From: Candidatus Berkelbacteria bacterium
GTDB lineage: Bacteria; Patescibacteriota; UBA1384; XYA2-FULL-43-10; 1-14-0-10-43-13
DNA: 64,000 nt
Assembly: GCA_037143235.1 (NCBI GenBank)
Contig: JBAWZC010000001.1
Span: 1,132-65,131 of the forward strand
Reading direction: 5' to 3'
Of this stretch, positions 28,419 to 37,978 are shown one piece after another. The position numbers were made by a program, and so were the translations under genes. Position 1 is the first letter of the stretch; every line of letters begins with the position of its first letter. The notes below the pieces were generated by a model, which was not told where the DNA came from, did not search any database, and saw nothing but the letters and a program-made list of their open reading frames with translations.

Positions 28419-28773
28419 TGTCATTCCCGCGCAGGCGGGAATCCACAAAAAGTCAACTCATAATCATTCAGTCAAATCTTTCCATCCAGGATTATTTTCT
28501 TCAATCAATCTTATTTTCCAAATTCTATTCCATTTTTTAAGACGTTTTTCTCGAAGTGATGCCTCGTGAATATCTGTCGTTTCTTCAAAATAGACAAGTT
28601 TGCTTACTCCGTATTTCTCAGAAAAACCATCAGCGATTTTATCTCGGTGTTCGGTTGTCCGTTTCTCTAAATTTGATGTTACTCCGGTATACAATGTTCC
28701 GTTGAAATGGCTCGCCAGTATGTAAACATAATATTTTTTCATTTTGTGGATTCCCGCCTGCGCGGGAATGACA
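28419..28773. mobile_element. Palindrome-flanked GIY-YIG cassette with the same 28-bp IRs as the 21322 copy (28419-28446 and 28746-28773), plus an adjacent partial IR at 28398-28413
   Basis: IRs are identical to those of the 21322-21678 element. Inserted between gap and tpiA. Confidence 0.75.
28464..28742 (-). CDS. GIY-YIG nuclease family protein (92 aa)
   Basis: YYVYILASHFNGTLYTGVTSNLEKRTTEHR; paralog of the 21370-21648 gene. Confidence 0.75.
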   Translation of the reverse strand: MKKYYVYILASHFNGTLYTGVTSNLEKRTTEHRDKIADGFSEKYGVSKLVYFEETTDIHEASLREKRLKKWNRIWKIRLIEENNPGWKDLTE

Positions 28774-28783
28774 GAAATCTCAT

Positions 28784-29518
28784 CTATTTCAAACTTCGTG
28801 CATCACTCCAATCTTTGCACAATTTAATAAATTCACTCGCTCTCAAACTTGCGCCACCGACCAACAAACCGTCGATCTCAGGTCGCTTGGCATATTCTAA
28901 AACATTACTTGATTTGACACTACCGCCATAAATAATTGCCGTTTCGGCATCAACAAATTCACGCAACTTGTTACAAACTTTGGCGACATATTCTGCTTCA
29001 GCATTCTCCCCAGTGCCGATAGCCCAAACTGGTTCGTAAGCAATAATAATATCTTTGAAATGTTTTTTGGGAATTCCCTCCAACGCCTCACGAAGCTCTT
29101 TGACCGGTTCAACAATATTATTTTTCTCTTTTCTCTCTCCAACGCAAATGATCGGGATCAGTCCTGCGCGCAAAGCAGAGATTGTTTTTTCATTTACATC
29201 ATGATCTGTTTCACCGAAATATTCACGACGCTCAGAGTGACCGATGATAACATAATCAGCAACTTCCTTGATCATCGTCGGCGAAATCTCCCCCGTATAT
29301 GCCCCCTCGGGCTCGTAGAACATATTTTGGGCACCCAAAGAGATCTTTTTGTTACCAATGATTTGTTTCACCTCCGACAACCAAATTGATGGCGGACAAA
29401 GCACGACTTCAACACTACCAATCCCCGATAAACCATTTCTGACTTCAGTTGCCAAAACATGAGCATCGGAAATCCCCATGTTCATTTTCCAATTCGCAAC
29501 CACGATAGACTTCTTCAT
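28784..29518 (-). CDS. tpiA: Triosephosphate isomerase
   Basis: ANWKMN, IAYEPVWAIGTG and GGSV motifs; SD-like GGAGGGG before ATG 29518. Confidence 0.9.
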   Translation of the reverse strand: MKKSIVVANWKMNMGISDAHVLATEVRNGLSGIGSVEVVLCPPSIWLSEVKQIIGNKKISLGAQNMFYEPEGAYTGEISPTMIKEVADYVIIGHSERREYFGETDHDVNEKTISALRAGLIPIICVGERKEKNNIVEPVKELREALEGIPKKHFKDIIIAYEPVWAIGTGENAEAEYVAKVCNKLREFVDAETAIIYGGSVKSSNVLEYAKRPEIDGLLVGGASLRASEFIKLCKDWSDARSLK

Positions 29519-29576
29519 TTTCCCCTCCAAGCTATATTATTTGCGCGTCAAGTACGACACGCCAGACCACGAACGA

Positions 29577-30614
29577 TTAAACATTATTTCCCGCCTTTAT
29601 ACCATTATACATTTCTATTAGCGTTTTGGCCAAAAGATTCGGATTGTGAAACAAAGGATTTTGACGATCGACAACATCCTTACGAAATATACTGACTCCT
29701 GCAATAACTTTATCGGTTGTAGTTATATTGTTAATCTCACCCAATACTGTTTCTTTTGCACTTTTCTTCATTAACTTCGAATTGACCAAACAATGGCCGA
29801 ATAATCCTTTTTGAGAATGAGCAAAGATCTCCTCAATATGATTTTCTACCGTATAACCGGCCGTCTGAGTTCTTTCGGTCGAGCAATTTGAGATATAAAT
29901 CTTCACCGCACGACTATTGTGAACAATCGCTCGCCTGATACCAGGAATTAATAAATTTGGAATTACACTCCCATACAGACTCCCCGGCCCGATCAAGATC
30001 AAGTCAGCTGCTGCGATTGCTTTGATGACTCGAGGATTAGCTTTGACTTTTTCTTGCTGATAAAAAATCTTCTGTATCTTTTTACCAACGATCTTATCTA
30101 GGTTATCCTCGCCCTTAACCTGCTTGCCATCATCATACAAGGTGCAAAGATCAAGCTTTTCAAGTGAAGCTGGCAAAACTTCACCATGCGTCGCAAAAAG
30201 TTCACTCGTAATTTCAATGGCCTTAGCAAAAGAACCATAACGCTGAGATAGTCCCGTCAGCCAAATATTACCCAGGGTATGATTGTCTAGACCCGACCCA
30301 GCATTACGAAAACGATACTCGAGAATATCTGTCATCATCTTTTCATCTTCAGCCAGTGCAGATAAACACTTGCGAATATCTCCTGGGGGCAAGACATCGA
30401 ACTCTTTGCGCAGTTTACCAGAGGACGACCCATTGTCAGCCACCGAGACCACAGCGGTAATTTCATTCGAATACAATTTCAGCCCCTTGAGCAATGTCGA
30501 CAAACCCGTCCCTCCGCCCAGAGCAACAATACGAATAACTCCACCCGCACGATGTCGTGGATCAGTCGGCTCGTATTTGAGCGAGTTAAACCATTTTTTA
30601 AAAAATTTTTTCAT
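29577..30614 (-). CDS. YvcK/CofD-family gluconeogenesis factor-like protein (UPF0052)
   Basis: VALGGGTGLSTLLKGLK glycine-rich motif characteristic of the YvcK/CofD family; 345 aa. Confidence 0.75.
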   Translation of the reverse strand: MKKFFKKWFNSLKYEPTDPRHRAGGVIRIVALGGGTGLSTLLKGLKLYSNEITAVVSVADNGSSSGKLRKEFDVLPPGDIRKCLSALAEDEKMMTDILEYRFRNAGSGLDNHTLGNIWLTGLSQRYGSFAKAIEITSELFATHGEVLPASLEKLDLCTLYDDGKQVKGEDNLDKIVGKKIQKIFYQQEKVKANPRVIKAIAAADLILIGPGSLYGSVIPNLLIPGIRRAIVHNSRAVKIYISNCSTERTQTAGYTVENHIEEIFAHSQKGLFGHCLVNSKLMKKSAKETVLGEINNITTTDKVIAGVSIFRKDVVDRQNPLFHNPNLLAKTLIEMYNGIKAGNNV

Positions 30615-30615
30615 A

Positions 30616-32046
30616 TTAATCAAAAAGATCCTTTACCTGTTTTTTTCGATGATAGGATATAGCAAAACGATGCGCCTCATCCCTTGCTCGTATCAAGACT
30701 CTTTGCAATGTTTGGTTTGTTTTAATAAATACCGCAATTTTATCATCAGAAAATCGCAAATCATTTCTTTTTCTCTCGGCGCCCTTTGCAATTGCCACCA
30801 CGGGGATGTCTTTGCCAAGCTCCGTAAGCAATAACTTCACAATATTCAACTGCGATTGTCCCCCGTCCAAAACGATCAAATCAGGCAGTGGCCAATCATT
30901 TTTCATTCTTCGCTCAATCACATCTCTCATCCAATAAATATCACCTACTCGCTTGTCATCCCCAGATTCACTATTTTTTGTCATCCCCGATCCAGTCGGG
31001 GATCCATTAATAGCTTTCCCCACTTCACTAAAGTTACGAGGGGCAGGGTGGATTCCCGCCTCCGCGGGAATGACAGAAACGGGAAACTGTTTTCCGTTTT
31101 CTGTTTTCTGTAAACTAAACATCCGATAATCGTCCTTGCTTGCTTTTCCGTCTACAAAAACGACCATCGAACCAACGACATTTTTTCCAGATATATTCGA
31201 AATATCATAACACTCGATTCTCTTGAAGCCAGCGACTGATTGATCGACCAATTCATCCGACAAGCCCACCCCCACATCTCGAAGGTGCTGTAGCGCTCTG
31301 ATCTTGTCCCGAACCAACGCTGCCTCCTCGTATTTTGATTTGGCACTTAGTTTCGCCATCTCCTTTTCAAGGTCGGCAAAAAGCTTCTGTTTTTTGTTTT
31401 GCAAATATTTGACCAAATAGCCAATGTTCTTCTGGTAATCTTTTTCGTCAGTAAAATCGGCGCAAGGCGCACTACAAACTCGGATCTCGCCGAAGATACA
31501 TGGCCTTTTTTGCCTTTGCTGAGACGCAAACTTTGTCTTGGAACAGTCACGATATGGAAAGATCTTGCGTAGATATCTCAAAGCATTTTTCAGCAAATCG
31601 CCTGAAGGATAAGGGCCAAAATATATCGCCGATCGATCAGAAAAATCCACATTTCTCGATCGTACCAGTTCAACCATCGAGAACGATCCAGCTCGGTCAA
31701 CTTGAGATTTAGAATTTAAAATTCTACGAGTTATCTTTATCACCAAAAAGCTTTTGTCGTCCTTGGCTCTGATATTATATTTCGGCTTAATCTTGTTGAT
31801 CAGCTCTGCCTCGAGCAAAATTGCTTCAATCTCAGAATCAGTCTCAACGGTCACGACCTTGTCGGCTAGCTCCACCATCTGAATGATGCCAACCCCTCTG
31901 TCTAGTGTACTCAAAAAATATTGACGGATGCGATTGCGCAAGTTCTTTGCTTTGCCGATATACAAAATCTTCCCTTTGACATCCAGAAACTTATAGACGC
32001 CAGGAGAACTTGAGATTCCACTAAAATTTATCGAACTTTTATTCAT
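30616..32046 (-). CDS. uvrC: Excinuclease ABC subunit C (UvrC), short form ending right after RDEAHRFAISYHRKK (no C-terminal (HhH)2 domain), with an in-frame insertion of about 50 aa
   Basis: N-terminal GIY-YIG (GVYKFLD...ILYIGKAKNLRNRIRQYF), a Cys cluster, UVR domain, RNase-H-like ECYDISN...YRMF and DIYWMRDVIERR...LIVLDGGQSQL...RDEAHRFA. The TGTCAT-family hairpin plus heptamer repeats at 30943-31095 are translated in-frame (…IPAEAGIHPAPRNF…). Confidence 0.8.
   Translation of the reverse strand: MNKSSINFSGISSSPGVYKFLDVKGKILYIGKAKNLRNRIRQYFLSTLDRGVGIIQMVELADKVVTVETDSEIEAILLEAELINKIKPKYNIRAKDDKSFLVIKITRRILNSKSQVDRAGSFSMVELVRSRNVDFSDRSAIYFGPYPSGDLLKNALRYLRKIFPYRDCSKTKFASQQRQKRPCIFGEIRVCSAPCADFTDEKDYQKNIGYLVKYLQNKKQKLFADLEKEMAKLSAKSKYEEAALVRDKIRALQHLRDVGVGLSDELVDQSVAGFKRIECYDISNISGKNVVGSMVVFVDGKASKDDYRMFSLQKTENGKQFPVSVIPAEAGIHPAPRNFSEVGKAINGSPTGSGMTKNSESGDDKRVGDIYWMRDVIERRMKNDWPLPDLIVLDGGQSQLNIVKLLLTELGKDIPVVAIAKGAERKRNDLRFSDDKIAVFIKTNQTLQRVLIRARDEAHRFAISYHRKKQVKDLFD
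30943..31095. repeat. TGTCAT-family palindromic elements plus a (CTGTTTT)n heptamer repeat embedded in-frame in uvrC
   Basis: Contains cttgtcatccccagattcac, ttgtcatccccgatccagtcggggatcca (stem ccccga/tcgggg), gtggattcccgcctccgcgggaatgaca (the 28-bp IR with one substitution) and ctgttttccgttttctgttttctg. Confidence 0.65.
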
Positions 32047-32102
32047 GAAGTTACCTTAGAGCAATTAGGTCAACCTGTAAAGACAATAACTATTGACTTT
32101 GC

Positions 32103-33377
32103 CTAATCATAATCAGGTTGAACGAAAACAAATTCAGCTTGTGTCCCCCACAGATGATCATCTTCAGCCCAGGTTGCTCCTAGGCTTTTTTGACCATCAC
32201 TATTATTTTTAATACTAAATATCGATGGCTCTTGATCAATATTGAGTATTGGCTCCATCGCCACATAATAATGATTTCCTGAGCCGTTACCCGGATCATT
32301 AATTCTCAGATATGGACCCATCTCAGCAGGACACAAAGAAAGACCAAGAGAGATAGCTCGCTCGTATATATCTATGGTTGACGCTCCCCCCGTAAACCCA
32401 AGAGATGCAACAGAAAGACGAATAACTTTGACTGTTTTTTCCCTCTGGCTGACAATAAATTCGTGACTATCCATCAGATCTTCAGCCTCAGGCAGAATAT
32501 CACCATCGTTGGCTCGAATTTCATTTTCAAGCATTTTCTGGTCTTTTCCTCCGATGAACATACTACCTCGACGCAACATTTTCTTTGGAAAATCGAGAAA
32601 AACATCAGGCACATTGGATAATTTTTTCAAAATATCCGGAACAAGTGGCATGCCTCCGAGAAAAAGTGGGCCAATATAAACTTTTGTTCGGTCATTTATT
32701 TCACTACCACTCATCGCCACTTCGTCAATCCTGCATTCCATTGTGATCGCAGCATCTACTTTGAGATGTTTCTTGCGTTGCTGCCTCACCACATCGATCA
32801 CCGGAAATAATCTTTCATCAAAAACAAAATCAGACAGGGCATCATGATAAATAAATTTTATGTCAGCGCTGGTCAAAGCAGTATTTGATCTGATTTTTTT
32901 CATGACATGATTAAAAAAAAGATTCTGCGTGTCGTAATCAACATCTTCGTTTATTTTTTTCGCAAACAATGGTCCGTGCGACTTCGAAGTTGCTTCTTCG
33001 GACTCGTCCAAGATCTTATAAATTTGCATCACCCCCCACGGAAATTCAGGTAACAACCGCAATCGATCAATTACCTCAAGCATATGACGATGCAAAGTTT
33101 CCCTGTTAAAAGGAATGTAAGCGTCGCTTGAAATATCAGTTCCGGCCAAAGACTGAAGCTGAAGGATATAATTATCCCTGTCTCTTTCCGTAATTGCCTG
33201 ATTCATTTGATCAAAAAACTGCTGATTTTCTGATACTTTATAATAAGACAGCATTGCCTCAATATCTCTGAACAGTTCTATCGTTTCATCACTCAATCGC
33301 TCGCTATCACGACCGACGGTTCTGCTTTTTTCCTCCTCCGCCATTCCACCCGAACTATCGTGTATTTCGCCAGACAT
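32103..33377 (-). CDS. Hypothetical protein (424 aa), no recognisable domains
   Basis: Start at ATG 33377 with SD-like GAGGAG; soluble; directly upstream of uvrC in the same orientation. Confidence 0.5.
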   Translation of the reverse strand: MSGEIHDSSGGMAEEEKSRTVGRDSERLSDETIELFRDIEAMLSYYKVSENQQFFDQMNQAITERDRDNYILQLQSLAGTDISSDAYIPFNRETLHRHMLEVIDRLRLLPEFPWGVMQIYKILDESEEATSKSHGPLFAKKINEDVDYDTQNLFFNHVMKKIRSNTALTSADIKFIYHDALSDFVFDERLFPVIDVVRQQRKKHLKVDAAITMECRIDEVAMSGSEINDRTKVYIGPLFLGGMPLVPDILKKLSNVPDVFLDFPKKMLRRGSMFIGGKDQKMLENEIRANDGDILPEAEDLMDSHEFIVSQREKTVKVIRLSVASLGFTGGASTIDIYERAISLGLSLCPAEMGPYLRINDPGNGSGNHYYVAMEPILNIDQEPSIFSIKNNSDGQKSLGATWAEDDHLWGTQAEFVFVQPDYD

Positions 33378-33571
33378 AAATCTCCTCAAAATATCTTATT
33401 GACAAATAATTGCTATGAAAATTATCCCTTCACAATATCTATGAGTTTATCATAAATTTCGTTGGAACCACCAACAAAAATCCTGTCTGATCCCCTGATA
33501 TGTTTTCTATTTCTCGCAAAAGAAAATTTCGCACTTTATATTACTCAACATGAATCTACAGATTGCCCCCT

Positions 33572-34027
33572 TCAAATTCTTCCTGGGTATTCAACTTTTT
33601 CAAATGGCCATTTTTCGCTCAACCATTTTTTAACTGCCTCAAAAAGTATAGGATCAAATCCTTTTTCAAATTCGCTTTGTCTTACCCAAAGGTAAACCTT
33701 TGCGTCAAAACCAGGAGTATCTGTTGGGTAAATATAAACACAGCCTAAACATTGTGATTCATCCAAACTCATCATCGTATAGGCGAATGACGATCTTTTC
33801 TGAAATTCTTTTTGGTGCCAACCAAGATCAATCAAATCCTGCTCAAAAGTTAGGTCCGGAGATGGCCAAGCGTTGTCATCAAAAGTATTCTGAAGATGTT
33901 GAACGCTCGTCATCACAGCGTCATAATCTTTAGCTACATCATTAATTGTAAGCATTCTTAACCTAAATTGATCAGTCTCTAATTTTTCAGGTATTTGGAA
34001 ATTTAAATCAACTAACGGCTTATTCAT
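33572..34027 (-). CDS. GNAT-family N-acetyltransferase (RimJ/RimL-like)
   Basis: Acetyltransferase fold pattern (LRMLTINDV..., ...CLGCVYIY...); 151 aa. Confidence 0.55.
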   Translation of the reverse strand: MNKPLVDLNFQIPEKLETDQFRLRMLTINDVAKDYDAVMTSVQHLQNTFDDNAWPSPDLTFEQDLIDLGWHQKEFQKRSSFAYTMMSLDESQCLGCVYIYPTDTPGFDAKVYLWVRQSEFEKGFDPILFEAVKKWLSEKWPFEKVEYPGRI

Positions 34028-34054
34028 AAAATCCTTATTAAGATTAATGCAAAC

Positions 34055-34954
34055 TTATTTCTTTTTTAAAATATTTTGCGGTTTTCCTAGAAGGAAAGCT
34101 TCAATATTTTCAATCGCAATTTCTCGGCCTTTTGCACTTGCTTGTTTGGTTGAGAAGGCAACATGTGGTGTGACCAATATTTTCTCATTGCTCAAGGCTT
34201 TTTGGTAGAATTCATTTGTCGTATCACCAAAGGATTCAGGGTCACAATCGATAGCAGCGCCGGCAATGATGTCTGCTTCGATTGATTTTATCAAGCCATC
34301 GAGACCGTAGGTATATGGTCTGGCAAATGTGATATAGAAGCAGCCCTTTTTGAGATTCATAAAAAATTCCTCGTTTAGTAAATTTTGGCTGCTCGTATTG
34401 CAATTCAAGGCGTTGACCACTAAGTCAACACCATCTGAGCTTTTGGCCAAATCGTCACCTCTCTCAAAGAATATTACTTTCATTCCAAAACTTTCGCACA
34501 GGACGCCAATCTGGCTGCCTATACTTCCGCGACCAACTATTAAAACTTTTTTTCCGCTCAAACTTTCATTGAGCTCAAAGGGGAAGCTACTTTTCGCCCG
34601 CACCATCCTGCCAAAGTTTCGAAATAAAGATAGAGCCATATACATCACCCACTCGACGATTGAATCACGATTGCCACCTTGCGCATTGGCAACATAAACG
34701 CCATTTGAAGCTAAATTCTCTGAGTCAAATACACCTAATTCAATATATGGGTATGTTACGAAAACATTTTTTAGTTTTGGCAAGCTGTCGAGTAAATAAT
34801 CACCATCACTGTAGATAACATCAGCATCCTTGGCTTTGGTCAAAAAATCTTCTTCGCTATCAACACTATCAAAAACCTCAAGTGATCCGACGGCTTCTAG
34901 TCTCTTTTTATACTCGTCGGTGAGATTAATTCCCAGCGTAACAATTTTTTTCAT
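34055..34954 (-). CDS. D-isomer-specific 2-hydroxyacid dehydrogenase family protein
   Basis: NAD-binding GRGSIGSQIG, catalytic RP...D and ...TPHVAFST motifs. Confidence 0.8.
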   Translation of the reverse strand: MKKIVTLGINLTDEYKKRLEAVGSLEVFDSVDSEEDFLTKAKDADVIYSDGDYLLDSLPKLKNVFVTYPYIELGVFDSENLASNGVYVANAQGGNRDSIVEWVMYMALSLFRNFGRMVRAKSSFPFELNESLSGKKVLIVGRGSIGSQIGVLCESFGMKVIFFERGDDLAKSSDGVDLVVNALNCNTSSQNLLNEEFFMNLKKGCFYITFARPYTYGLDGLIKSIEADIIAGAAIDCDPESFGDTTNEFYQKALSNEKILVTPHVAFSTKQASAKGREIAIENIEAFLLGKPQNILKKK

Positions 34955-35008
34955 ACAATCCTCGCAAAATATGACAATTAACTTTCAATAGTTTTAGTCG
35001 ATAACCAT

Positions 35009-35542
35009 TTAAAATAACTCCTTGTTCTCAAGATGAATCATGGCCATCATCACGGCTTGTTTGTAATACTCGATAATATGAAGCCGCCCCTTGGTCAGAT
35101 ATCCAATTCCACCTTCGGCATAGCCAATCTTGCCCGAAGTAGTGAGTCCGGCAGCCTTGAAGCCATCGCTCAAATCCATCCCTTCCTCTACTGCAAACCT
35201 AACAACCTCTTTTGGAAACTCAAAAAGTGAGGCAAACCCAAGGTGGTACCCTCCTCCATCATAAATCGCACAAACAGAGGTATTCATATAACCGGTTTTT
35301 GATCCCAGAATTGGCATAAGACCAGATTCAATCCCGAAGCTATATGTCGAGCCCTTAAATACATTTTTTGCTCGGTTTTTAGCTCCTTTTATAGTCTCTT
35401 CAGGCGTCATCGGTTGATCAGAAACGCCAGAATCTGCTTTGAAACTCTCAAATTCAGCACCCTTAAGCATCGGATATTCAGCAGACAGATCAATGATAGC
35501 TTTGATTTTAGTTGGACTCATCGTCCCGATATGTATTTTCAT
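35009..35542 (-). CDS. Inosine/xanthosine triphosphatase YjjX-like (DUF84 non-canonical NTPase)
   Basis: ESGVSDQPMTPEETIKGAKNRAKN and GIGYLTKGRLHIIEYYKQAV parallel the E. coli YjjX motifs [22 protein letters not shown] and [20 protein letters not shown]. Confidence 0.6.
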   Translation of the reverse strand: MKIHIGTMSPTKIKAIIDLSAEYPMLKGAEFESFKADSGVSDQPMTPEETIKGAKNRAKNVFKGSTYSFGIESGLMPILGSKTGYMNTSVCAIYDGGGYHLGFASLFEFPKEVVRFAVEEGMDLSDGFKAAGLTTSGKIGYAEGGIGYLTKGRLHIIEYYKQAVMMAMIHLENKELF

Positions 35543-35821
35543 ATTTTGATAATTATTTACCACTAATTACGATAAATAATAACACAAATTGATCATAAAA
35601 AGTAAGAGTCAGCGGACCCAACCAGTAAACTATTAAAATATTTAAACACCATAGTCCCCAGCGATAATTGCAATATATTCGACAATATAGTATACTGCAG
35701 CCGTACTTTTGTACATTAAAAATTTCTCGTTGGGTCTTAATTGTCTGCATCGAACAGAAGTAGACAGCTAAGACCTAGGGGAAACACCCGATGGTACTAA
35801 AACCAGCGAAGGAGATATCCA

Positions 35822-36442
35822 GTGGCAAAATCGCCGCGACCAGTGCCAGTCTCGTATCTGATGTTCGAGAGCGAACAACGGCCAATGAACTTAAACCAAG
35901 TTCTTCAAGAACAGATTCATTGCATGATCGCCAATGGAGTGCATCACCAAGTTGGCATCTACGAGGAAAAATTTTTCGCCGATGCTATGAATTTAGTCGA
36001 ACAATTCGAGTACTCAGTTGAGCTGGATTCAGTAGATCTTTGCGAAGTCTGGTTTGTACACTACGATTTACGCGACGAATGGCTTTGCGAGATCAACAAC
36101 GTTGACTATTCGATGTACTACCGAAATAAGTATGTCGATATGCAAAGACCCACCGGCCTCCAGATCATCCAAGGGCAGCTTGGTACAAAGTACAAGGGTT
36201 TGCTCACTCTAGGCAATCGAGACACCGACGAATACCTTGGTATCCCTAAAGAAGGGCTCATGGCCTTTCTCTTCTGGAAAAATATCCTCAGAAGCTCCAA
36301 TATGATCTTCCCAGGATCGAAGGGTTTAACAGGGATATTGCCCAAGCTGTTCGAGTATGACGACAAAACAGAGCTCGGGCCAAGCTCGCACCGGTTTGAC
36401 CCAAAAGACTACGGCTTTGTAACTGTACATTACAGAAGCTAG
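35822..36442 (+). CDS. Hypothetical protein (206 aa)
   Basis: GTG start with SD-like GAAGGAGAT 7 nt upstream; no domain recognised. Confidence 0.45.
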   Translation: MAKSPRPVPVSYLMFESEQRPMNLNQVLQEQIHCMIANGVHHQVGIYEEKFFADAMNLVEQFEYSVELDSVDLCEVWFVHYDLRDEWLCEINNVDYSMYYRNKYVDMQRPTGLQIIQGQLGTKYKGLLTLGNRDTDEYLGIPKEGLMAFLFWKNILRSSNMIFPGSKGLTGILPKLFEYDDKTELGPSSHRFDPKDYGFVTVHYRS

Positions 36443-36544
36443 ACCAAGTTGCAGCAAATCCATCGAACGGTCGTCACTATGTATATATGGCGACCGTTAA
36501 TTTTATCCAAAAATTAGTTACCAAGTATTTTTTTAGAAAACATA

Positions 36545-36578
36545 AAAAAACACGATGGCGAACCATCGTGTTTTTATG
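36545..36578. terminator. Bidirectional intrinsic terminator (AAAAAAACACGATGGCGAACCATCGTGTTTTTAT)
   Basis: 8-bp stem with an A-run and a T-run, between convergent genes. Confidence 0.7.
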
Positions 36579-36750
36579 CTCTCCTCCTCGTCCTCCTCTA
36601 AAGAGCTAGGCCCTCACGGAAAGAAGAAGCGAAAAGCAATATCATCGTATGCTTTATCATGAGTAAACACAATGCCCAGAAGGGAGAGACATCCGACAGT
36701 TACAGTCCTAGAGTAGATAATATCGGATATACTAATCCAAATTAAATCGA

Positions 36751-37971
36751 CTAGATATTAGAAACTTCTTCTTCTGTTAGAATTTTCTTTTCGCCGTTTT
36801 GAGTCACCACTTCATAGCCGCCAGCGGCCAAGGACTTTTCTGACACAATAATTCTTGTAGGTACCCCCAAAAGGTCCGCTTCGGCAAATTTCGCCCCAGC
36901 CGTCATCTCACGATCATCGATGATTACATCATATTTTTGTCTTAAAATATCATACAATTTTCCAGATTCATCATCCTTTTGCAACGAAATGATCTGAATA
37001 TCAAAAGGAGCGACAGATTTTGGCCAGCTCATCTTATTTTTTGTCGCATCATAATATATTTCGACGAGTGTCGCGATGGCTCTGGTCATACCAATACCAT
37101 AACAACCCATAATTAATGTCTTTTCTTTACCATCTGCGTCAACGAAAGTAGCATTCATCGGCTTTGAATATTTGTCGCCCAAGGGGAAAATATTCCCAAC
37201 CTCGATAGAATTATCTAGTTTGATTGTCCCCTCACATTTCGGACACTTATCGCCAGCCTTGACTGTGGCGATCTCACTGTTTTGAGCGAAATCACATTTA
37301 TCACAATAAAAAATCTTATCTTCGCCAACCGGAGATATTGTTTGAAATTCATCAGATGCCATAGAAAAAGCGCCGCCAGAAGCTTGAACATATTTAGTGT
37401 CCAACCCGATGCGACTAAATACATTTTGATAAGCCTTCTTCACCCTATCGTAATATTTATCAAAATCTTCATTGTCAGCATGAAAACTATACATATCTTT
37501 CATAATAAATTCGCGACCACGCAAAAGACCAGATTTGGCTCGCGCTTCATTGCGAAATTTTGTCTGGAACTGGTATAAAACTTGAGGCAAATCTTTGTAT
37601 GACTTAACCTTTTTGCGCACGATATCAACAATTTGTTCTTCATGAGTCCAACCAAGACCAAGTTCTTTGCCGCGAATATCTTTGAACTGATACATCACAT
37701 CAGGATATTTGGCCCAGCGCCCAGTCTCATCCCAAAGTTCCTTTGGCTGAAAGACATTCATCAGCAATTCCTGGCCGTCGACAGCATTCATCTCTTCGCG
37801 AATAATCTGCTCAATTTTTTTATAAACCCTGAGACCAAGCGGCAACAAAGCATAGACACCCGCCATCTGTTTCTCAACAAATCCAGCACGGATCAAATAT
37901 GACGCGTTAATACTATCTGCGTCAGACGGAACCTCTCTGAGAGTCTTCAGAAACATCTTTGACATTTTCAT
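36751..37971 (-). CDS. proS: Prolyl-tRNA synthetase (short form lacking the editing insertion domain)
   Basis: Class II aaRS motifs and ProRS-type anticodon-binding domain (…FRNEARAKSGLLRGREFIMKDMYSF…, …GCYGIGMTR…); 406 aa. Confidence 0.85.
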   Translation of the reverse strand: MKMSKMFLKTLREVPSDADSINASYLIRAGFVEKQMAGVYALLPLGLRVYKKIEQIIREEMNAVDGQELLMNVFQPKELWDETGRWAKYPDVMYQFKDIRGKELGLGWTHEEQIVDIVRKKVKSYKDLPQVLYQFQTKFRNEARAKSGLLRGREFIMKDMYSFHADNEDFDKYYDRVKKAYQNVFSRIGLDTKYVQASGGAFSMASDEFQTISPVGEDKIFYCDKCDFAQNSEIATVKAGDKCPKCEGTIKLDNSIEVGNIFPLGDKYSKPMNATFVDADGKEKTLIMGCYGIGMTRAIATLVEIYYDATKNKMSWPKSVAPFDIQIISLQKDDESGKLYDILRQKYDVIIDDREMTAGAKFAEADLLGVPTRIIVSEKSLAAGGYEVVTQNGEKKILTEEEVSNI

Positions 37972-37978
37972 GTAACTC

